Assembly: GCA_003537575.1 (NCBI GenBank)
Contig: DPRS01000016.1
Coordinates: 1,898-65,897, forward strand
DNA length: 64,000 nt
Source of the DNA: Oxalobacteraceae bacterium
GTDB taxonomy: Bacteria; Pseudomonadota; Gammaproteobacteria; Burkholderiales; Burkholderiaceae_D
Direction: 5' to 3'
Shown: positions 58,401-64,000 of the stretch, piece by piece
How the letters are laid out: each line of letters opens with the position of its first letter
Numbering within the stretch: position 1 is the first letter of the stretch
The notes under the pieces: model-generated
Databases searched by the model: none
The model's input: only the letters and a program-made list of their open reading frames with translations
Told to the model about the DNA's origin: nothing
Translations under genes and position numbers: made by a program

Positions 58401-59693
58401 GCCTCCCAAGACGATGCCGAACGCCTGCGCCAGGCCACCGCTGTCTTGCGAGGTGCGATGGAGGCAGAGTCTCATCTCGACAAACCCCGCTTTGAGGCTT
58501 TTGACCACCAGCCGTCCCTACTGATCGCCAGCGCTGCCGCTTGGGCCGACTATGCACGCCAGTTGGGCGCCGCAGCCGATGCTTGCGCGCTCGCAGACCC
58601 TTTGCTGCCGCCTGCCCGCGTGCTGGAAATGCTGGAAGGCGTTGCCCTGCCAGCGGCTGAACAGCTTGGCGGCATCGTGCCCACACCGATCACGCCTACC
58701 CGCTTGCTGCGCTTGGCTGCCTCGGCATCACGCACGGCCGCCGTCTCCAGCCGGCAAGAGATGTATGCGCGTGGCATGGCACCCATCCAAGCGCTACGCC
58801 AATCCTTGGGCGCGCTGGTTGGCGCGCCTGAGCTAAGGGTCAAAGACATCCAGGACCGCGTCAGTGGGCGCTACCCCGAGGCGTCGGCGTTGCCAGATCG
58901 CCCCAGCCTGGACCGCCTGCTGGAAGAGGCCGGCGCACCCTTGACCTGGGACATGGCCGCGGCCGATGGTAGAGGTGCCTATCGGCTGGCCACCCTTGGC
59001 CGAGGACAGACGGCCGGCACCACTACCCAGTTTTCTCGCCATGCCACCCTGCAGACCACCCATGTGTTGGGTGATGACGTTGCCCAGGCTGCCGCAGTGG
59101 AAGAGCGCCTGGTTCGCTCGCTGGACCAAGGCGGCCTACTAGTACTTTCGGTGCCTACGCGCATCGCACGCCACGCAGAGGCCGAACTGCTGCACCGCTT
59201 CGGCAATGCCGCCACATCGGCTATGGCCGTGAAGCGCATTAACTTTGACGCGCTTTTACTCGCCGCCCTGCATCAACAGGTGCAAGCTGCACGCGTGGAT
59301 TGGAACGTCGTACTGCAAGCAGATGCAGCTGAACGTGGCAGCCGGCACTGGACCAACTTGCAGCGCCTGGTGCAGCGCGCTGTGCCTTCCGTGCGAGCCG
59401 CTTTGCTGAACAGCCCATCACCGATCCTGCTGGTGTGCGTGGGCTTACTGGCCCGTTATGACCTAATGAATCTGGTCACCGAACTGGAAGAGCATGCCGG
59501 CCGGCCCGGTCACACGCCAAGCGCCTGGATGCTGCTGCCTTCGAGCTATCAAGGCTTGCCCGTCATCGACGGTGTGGCTGTACCACTAGTTAACAACATT
59601 CACAATACCCGGACCCTGGCACTGCCACAGGCCTGGGTAGAAAACAAACACCGGGCCAAGACAGGCAGCTACGCCAGTCCATCCGCTACCTGA
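55434..59693 (+). CDS. pglW: PglW-like protein: NERD domain + pseudokinase + Ser/Thr kinase + long C-terminal region (BREX type 2)
   Basis: NERD motif is NEVDALVLSPAGLFLVEIKSRPG. The first kinase-like domain reads LYHRALGPQSILV with no catalytic Asp. The second has VAHRDIKPENI, LFDFS and GTHPYLDP. Confidence 0.85.
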   Translation: MTLGASRWHVIAESNFVWEREALEWLRANLPDRDSWHVWTNFEFIDDEGKVNEVDALVLSPAGLFLVEIKSRPGVLRGDSHSWTWITDGRSSTYDNPLILANRKAKRLASLLRRQSAIVKAKIRLPFVEPAIFLSSSSLSCQLEGLAKSATFQQGRPGSLDDPGIVGALSNGITTKATVPVDATQARAIARGLAEAGIRPSNKHRQVGDYRLIKLIAEGEGFQDWEATHVSIDTIHRRVRIYTVATASSPEIRATRLRQARREFEVLEGIDHPGILRVKDYKETELGPALIFDHEPKAVRLDHLLREKGKTLTISQRLQLVRDIAETLKYAHAKRLYHRALGPQSILVHGVDGAIMHPRLMNWQTASRNVGDSAAPDTVHRTTGTRHVEDYVEDPGLVYLAPETTRADPAQGPSLDVFSLGCISFYIFTGQPPAESTLDLAEKLRIGQGLRLSDTMDGCGARQQDLIQFATSPDLLARYDTIQGFLDDLDLVEDELTTPDPEATVDPSIASTGDRLEGGFTVIKRMGRGSSSDALLVRRDGSEDEAILKVACDIAHNERLVAEGEVLARLHHQNIVAHRETLTISGRTALLLKSAGAKNLAEKLKEEGRLSLDMLQRFGEELIEAVNHLESEGVAHRDIKPENIGISENRNKRLQLVLFDFSLCRTPADNITAGTHPYLDPFLSLRRPPRWDLYAERFALAVTLYEMAVGQPPVWGDGQTSPAMLDVEATIEKDVFDPVTREGFASFFEKALKRDFRERFDNAEEMLRAWRAIFTARQTVHPSDAAPAIGLAAIAPTATPQTTMAELGYSLEAQDVLERMGVHNARELLAVDRIRFRYLKGVGDKIRKEIRLTAKELARLRPDLTQGRSVAHDADEEAEGAVSINELAAQLLPRRPAGDDRPEEAALAHYLGLDDTVKAGAWPSLGDATQAGEVDRATLTSTLIKSRERWLKNPAFTELRHQLDSLVRSQGNVMSAKEAALALLALRGCASQDDAERLRQATAVLRGAMEAESHLDKPRFEAFDHQPSLLIASAAAWADYARQLGAAADACALADPLLPPARVLEMLEGVALPAAEQLGGIVPTPITPTRLLRLAASASRTAAVSSRQEMYARGMAPIQALRQSLGALVGAPELRVKDIQDRVSGRYPEASALPDRPSLDRLLEEAGAPLTWDMAAADGRGAYRLATLGRGQTAGTTTQFSRHATLQTTHVLGDDVAQAAAVEERLVRSLDQGGLLVLSVPTRIARHAEAELLHRFGNAATSAMAVKRINFDALLLAALHQQVQAARVDWNVVLQADAAERGSRHWTNLQRLVQRAVPSVRAALLNSPSPILLVCVGLLARYDLMNLVTELEEHAGRPGHTPSAWMLLPSSYQGLPVIDGVAVPLVNNIHNTRTLALPQAWVENKHRAKTGSYASPSAT

Positions 59694-59704
59694 AAGTTTC
59701 CCTA

Positions 59705-62700
59705 GTGATTAATGCACCCCAGCTCCTGTCCGACCTGACCAAGCTGCTCAAGCGCCTGGAAGGCGATCTGCTGCAACGCATCGACGAAGTTCCCGAGATT
59801 AAGTCTAGCCTGCAAGCCGAGTGGCAAGCCGCTCGTGATGCCAACCGCTGTGCCGAAACCTTCGAGACCTGGGTCGATCAGGTCATCACCCAAGCCGGCG
59901 TGCACTGGCTGCTGAGCTGCGTATTCCTGCGCTTTATCGAAGACAACCAGCTGGTTGATCGTCCCTGGCTGGGTGGCACACCCGAATCGGGCCGCCTGGC
60001 CTTGGTACGAGACCGGCATGAAGCCTATTTTCAGGCCCACCCGCTGGAGAATGATCGCGACTACCTGTTGTCCGCTTTTCGCGAGGCCGGCACGCTGCCT
60101 GGCCTGCACACCTTTTTTGATGAGGCCCACAACCCGGCCTTCCGGCTGGGCATCAGCGGCGACGCCGCCATGGCGCTTCGCCAGTTCTGGCAACAGGTAG
60201 ACCCGAACACCGGCGCACTGCTGCACGACTTTACCGATCCGACCTGGAACACCCGCTTCTTGGGCGACCTGTACCAAGACTTAAGCGAGGCTACCCGCAA
60301 GCGCTACGCGCTGCTGCAGACACCTGAATTCGTCGAAGAGTTCATCCTCGACCGTACCTTGACGCCGGCCATTCGCGAGTTTGGCTTCCGAGAAGTACGT
60401 ATGATCGACCCCACCTGCGGTTCGGGCCACTTCTTGCTGGGCGGCTTCCACCGCCTGCTGGCCGAATGGCAGCGCAATGAGCCGGGCCGTAATCCTGTAG
60501 ATATGGCGCAAAGAGCGCTGGATGCGGTGGCAGGCGTGGACCTTAACCCATTCGCGGTGGCGATCTCACGCTTTCGCCTGTTTGTGGCTGCTTTGCAGGC
60601 CTCAGGCGTGCAGCGTCTGGCCAATGCGCATGACTTCAAGGTATCGGTCGCCATCGGCGACAGCCTGCTGCATGGCACACGCTTTGGCTTGACGCAGACT
60701 CAGGAGCTGTTTGATGTCGCTGAGAGTCATGCCGACACTGGCTTGGCCCACGCCTATGCCAGCGAAGACTTGAGGGAAGTGCAGCGGATCCTCGGTCGTC
60801 AGTATCAAACAGTAGTGGGCAACCCGCCCTACATCGTGGTCAAGGATGCGGCACTCAATACGGCTTACCGACGCCAGTACGCCAGCTGTCACAAGAAGTA
60901 CTCCCTTGGTGCGCCGTTCACCGAGCGTTTTTTTGAGCTGGCAGTATCAGCTGCGGATGGGCGCAGCGCTGGATTTGTTGGTCTGATTACCGCTAACTCG
61001 TTTATGAAGCGCGAGTTCGGAAGCAAGTTGATCGAACAAGTGCTGCCGCGACTGGACCTAACCCATGTGGTGGACACCTCCGGCGCCTACATCCCTGGCC
61101 ACGGCACGCCCACCGTGATACTTTTCGGACGCCACCGCAAGCCGATGGCTGAGGGCGTACGTACCGTAATGGGCATCAAGGGTGAACCTACTACGCCGGA
61201 AAACCCTGCGAAAGGTCTGGTCTGGAGCGCCATCGTCGACCAGATTGATAAGGCCGGTAGCGAAAGTGATTTCATCAGCGTGGCGGATACGCCGCGGGCG
61301 ACTTTTGCCAAACATCCGTGGAGTATTGGAGGAGGTGGGGCAGCAGACCTATTGGAAGCTTTGAACGAAGTTTGTAGCGCTAACTTAGGTTCTTTGACAA
61401 CCGCAATTGGTCGCACAACTCACACTGGCGAAGACAACGTCTTCTTTGTACCAAAGCACTGGGTGAATCGAACAAAGCTGACAGATTATGCTGTCACTTT
61501 GGTCGAAGGCGAAGGAGTTCGTGACTTCGCCATTGATGCAGAGACGCAAGTACTTTTTCCTTACGACAAATCCAGTGCTACAGTGATTAAGATAGTGCCA
61601 ACCATTTTGGGGCAGCACTTTTGGGGTTATCGCCGCCTGCTGAAAGAACGCTCAGACTTCGGAAACTACATCGAGGATCGCGGGCTGCGTTGGTACGAAC
61701 ACTCAATGTTCTTTCCAGATCGCTACCGTAATCCACTGGGAATTTCCTTCGCCGAAGTCTCCACGCACAATCACTTCGTCCTCGACCGGGGCGGCAAGGT
61801 TTTTAAGCAAACTGCACCTGTCATCAAACTGCCCGCCAGCAGCAGCGAAGAAGAACACATGGGGCTGCTCGGGTTGCTGAATTCATCGGTGGCGTGCTTT
61901 TGGTTGAAACAGGTGTGCTTCCCTAAGGGCGGGGACCACGTTGGTAATGAAGGTGCGCGGGTACGTAAAACCCTGTGGGATGAGCGCTATGCGTTCAATG
62001 CGACCAACGTTGCCGAGTTTCCACTTTGCACCAGTCGCCCGCTCGACATTGTCACGCAACTGGAAAACCAAGCACGCCAGCTGAACGCCCTGCAACCGGA
62101 GGCGGTTCTGGCTGCTGGCCCGCTGCCCACTCGCGCCAGCTTGGACGCCGCTCGCGACCAGGCTAGTCAATTGCGCCGGCTAATGATCGCGCTGCAGGAG
62201 GAACTGGACTGGCATTGCTACAGCCTATACGGATTGCCGCCAGCTGACGTGGAAACGGACGAGTTGGAGTTCCACGCTCCTGTAGAGGTGGCACTGGGCG
62301 AGCGCGCATTCGAAATCGTGTTGGCCCGCCGCATGGCCACCGGCAAGGAGCAGACGACCTGGTTTGAGCGTCACGACTCCACACCTATCATCGAGATCCC
62401 CGCACACTGGCCAGAAGGCTATCGCCGCGTGGTGGCTCGCCGGATCGAACTGATCGAACTAGACAAGTCCATCGGCCTGATCGAGCGCCCGGAATTCAAG
62501 CGCCGGTGGAACTCCCCTCGTTGGGAAGACCTGGAGCAAGCCGCGCTGCGCGACTGGCTGCTGGCCCGATTAGAAGCGCCGGCATTGTGGGTCGCCAGCG
62601 CCGATCAAGCGCCACAACTCAGCAGCACCAGCCGTCTGGCTGAAGCGGTATCTCGCGACGCTGAATTCATGCAGATCGCTTCGCTCTACGCCGGCCATGC

Positions 62701-63475
62701 TGACTTCGACTTGCCTCAGCTACTGGCTGAACTGGTGACAGCCGAAGCTGTGCCAGCACTACCTGTGCAGCGTTACACGGACACCGGCCTGCGCAAGCGC
62801 ACCCAGTGGCAAGGTACTTGGGCCCTGCAGCGTCACGAAGACGCTATCGATGCCGAAATCGATATCTTAGAGCAATCCCGGCGCCAGGACCTTTTGCAGT
62901 TTGTCAAAGACCAGGCTAAGGGAGCCGAACCGGACGCTGAGGCGCTGGCGTGGGTGCAAAAGGAGTTGGATAAGGAGTTTGTCCCGCTCAGAAAAGAGCG
63001 CAAGGCTAACGAGGTAGGCGTCATCCCCGTGCCGCCCAAGTACCAGAGCAAGGACTTCCTGAAAACCGACTTTTGGCGGCTGCGCGGCGGCTTGGACGTG
63101 CCCAAGGAGCGCTGGATCAGCTACCCTGGCTGCGAACGCGGATCGGATGGCAGTCTGGTGATCGCCTGGGCCGGCTGGAACCATCTGCAGCAGGCGACGG
63201 CGCTGGCCGGCTACTATATGGATATGAAGAATAGCGAAGGCTGGGAACCCACACGCCTGCAGCCCCTGCTGGCAAGTCTGCTCGAACTGGTGCCTTGGCT
63301 GGAACAGTGGCACAACGAGCTGGACCCGGTGTTCGGCGAGCGCATGGGCGACTACTACCGCGGCTTTGTTACCGAAGAAGCGCGTACGTTGGGCTTCACG
63401 CTGGATGATCTTCGCGCCTGGAAGCCGGTGGCTACGGCTGGCAATCGCGGGCGCAAGAAGAAGGTCGGGACATGA
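59705..63475 (+). CDS. pglX: PglX-like N6-adenine DNA methyltransferase (BREX)
   Basis: 1256 aa with the SAM-binding motif IDPTCGSGHFLL and the catalytic motif VVGNPPYIV. It lies directly after pglW. Confidence 0.85.
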   Translation: MINAPQLLSDLTKLLKRLEGDLLQRIDEVPEIKSSLQAEWQAARDANRCAETFETWVDQVITQAGVHWLLSCVFLRFIEDNQLVDRPWLGGTPESGRLALVRDRHEAYFQAHPLENDRDYLLSAFREAGTLPGLHTFFDEAHNPAFRLGISGDAAMALRQFWQQVDPNTGALLHDFTDPTWNTRFLGDLYQDLSEATRKRYALLQTPEFVEEFILDRTLTPAIREFGFREVRMIDPTCGSGHFLLGGFHRLLAEWQRNEPGRNPVDMAQRALDAVAGVDLNPFAVAISRFRLFVAALQASGVQRLANAHDFKVSVAIGDSLLHGTRFGLTQTQELFDVAESHADTGLAHAYASEDLREVQRILGRQYQTVVGNPPYIVVKDAALNTAYRRQYASCHKKYSLGAPFTERFFELAVSAADGRSAGFVGLITANSFMKREFGSKLIEQVLPRLDLTHVVDTSGAYIPGHGTPTVILFGRHRKPMAEGVRTVMGIKGEPTTPENPAKGLVWSAIVDQIDKAGSESDFISVADTPRATFAKHPWSIGGGGAADLLEALNEVCSANLGSLTTAIGRTTHTGEDNVFFVPKHWVNRTKLTDYAVTLVEGEGVRDFAIDAETQVLFPYDKSSATVIKIVPTILGQHFWGYRRLLKERSDFGNYIEDRGLRWYEHSMFFPDRYRNPLGISFAEVSTHNHFVLDRGGKVFKQTAPVIKLPASSSEEEHMGLLGLLNSSVACFWLKQVCFPKGGDHVGNEGARVRKTLWDERYAFNATNVAEFPLCTSRPLDIVTQLENQARQLNALQPEAVLAAGPLPTRASLDAARDQASQLRRLMIALQEELDWHCYSLYGLPPADVETDELEFHAPVEVALGERAFEIVLARRMATGKEQTTWFERHDSTPIIEIPAHWPEGYRRVVARRIELIELDKSIGLIERPEFKRRWNSPRWEDLEQAALRDWLLARLEAPALWVASADQAPQLSSTSRLAEAVSRDAEFMQIASLYAGHADFDLPQLLAELVTAEAVPALPVQRYTDTGLRKRTQWQGTWALQRHEDAIDAEIDILEQSRRQDLLQFVKDQAKGAEPDAEALAWVQKELDKEFVPLRKERKANEVGVIPVPPKYQSKDFLKTDFWRLRGGLDVPKERWISYPGCERGSDGSLVIAWAGWNHLQQATALAGYYMDMKNSEGWEPTRLQPLLASLLELVPWLEQWHNELDPVFGERMGDYYRGFVTEEARTLGFTLDDLRAWKPVATAGNRGRKKKVGT

Positions 63476-64000
63476 CTGAAGGCAACGCAATGCTGACGCC
63501 GCATCCTGAACCCCTGTTCTCTCTCGACCTGCAGGACAACGGAGGGTTGTTCGCACCCTCAACACTTGCCGAAGCCGTGGCGTGGATGCAGCACGAGCAA
63601 GGGTTTTGGTCATGGTTACACAGTGGCCGATGTAACGGCAATCATACTCAGGGCCTGAAACAGGCTCTCAATCAGCTCAATCAGGCGCTCAACAACGCGA
63701 ATCAGGCACCTCAGTACAGAGACTCCAATCCACAACAGTACCAGAATCAGCTCTCAGGGATTGCAAACGCCTTGCAAGAGGTATTTGTGCGGCAGCGATT
63801 GCCTCACAGTTCAACCCCTCTGGCCAAGCGGATAGAGGAATACCGCAAAGTGGTCGGTGACCATTCAGCAAGTTTCTTTGCTTCGGTGTTCGTTTCACCG
63901 CCGCAGGGTCATCACTTCCAGCCCCAGGAGCTGTTGGCCTGGCGTGGATTGACCGAAGGGCTGATTGAACGATTCGCCCTGTCCAGCGCTCCGCAGAAAA
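63472..64000 (+). CDS. 5' part of the next BREX-locus gene (positional equivalent of pglY; identity not verifiable)
   Basis: ATGA overlaps the pglX stop, and the frame is open for 176 codons to the window end (MTEGNAMLTPHPEPLFSLDLQDNGG...). It is not in the ORF track because no stop is present. Confidence 0.55.
   Translation, partial: MTEGNAMLTPHPEPLFSLDLQDNGGLFAPSTLAEAVAWMQHEQGFWSWLHSGRCNGNHTQGLKQALNQLNQALNNANQAPQYRDSNPQQYQNQLSGIANALQEVFVRQRLPHSSTPLAKRIEEYRKVVGDHSASFFASVFVSPPQGHHFQPQELLAWRGLTEGLIERFALSSAPQK

Larger units (their letters stand above)
26598..64000. mobile_element. mosaic accessory (TA / defence) island; right end outside the window
   Basis: Dense TA and defence genes, gene remnants, a recombinase and AlpA. 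Composition shifts sharply in single-line spot counts: about 37% G+C at 33.1 kb, about 60% at 38.1 kb, and about 48-53% at 49-50 kb. Confidence 0.6.

Overview
High-GC proteobacterial chromosome segment (Burkholderiales-like; this is inference). Positions 1-26.5 kb look like ordinary core genes. They comprise a partial PAS sensor kinase, a Zn-ADH, a secreted/membrane pair of unknown function, an Ldh_2 reductase with PutA (three GTTGCA-type operator half-sites in its leader), and PAP2 phosphatase with DgkA. Next comes a sigma-54 regulon. A GAF-AAA+ activator (CynF-like) is followed by two TGGCAC-N5-TTGC-type promoters. These drive an ACAD-fold flavoprotein plus rubredoxin, and a cynABD-cynS cyanate module that runs on into OsmC, a rubredoxin-reductase-like enzyme, TauE/SafE and an ETHE1-like MBL hydrolase. 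An AtoE-type transporter, a DUF2325 protein and a Na/Pi symporter follow. From about 26.6 kb to the window end lies a compositionally mosaic accessory island. It carries intact and decayed toxin-antitoxin pairs (DUF1778 remnant/GNAT, PrlF/YhaV, HipB/HipA remnant, a Doc-like Fic protein, AbiEi/AbiEii). It also carries an AT-rich ABC-three-component (DUF3732) conflict locus and a 1745-aa exonuclease-RecQ-UvrD fusion. A tyrosine recombinase/AlpA module is flanked by a diverged 123-nt repeat. A translationally coupled unknown/PLD/SF2-helicase triad precedes a type 2 BREX (Pgl) locus (HTH, PglW, PglX, next gene cut by the window edge). I saw no rRNA, tRNA or CRISPR array. The best novelty candidates are the triad at 48.1-54.9 kb, the giant helicase at 37.1-42.3 kb, the ABC-3C locus at 33.2-36.9 kb, and the ACAD/rubredoxin/sulfur extension of the cyn regulon. 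All family names are recognised by eye from motifs; no database search was run.
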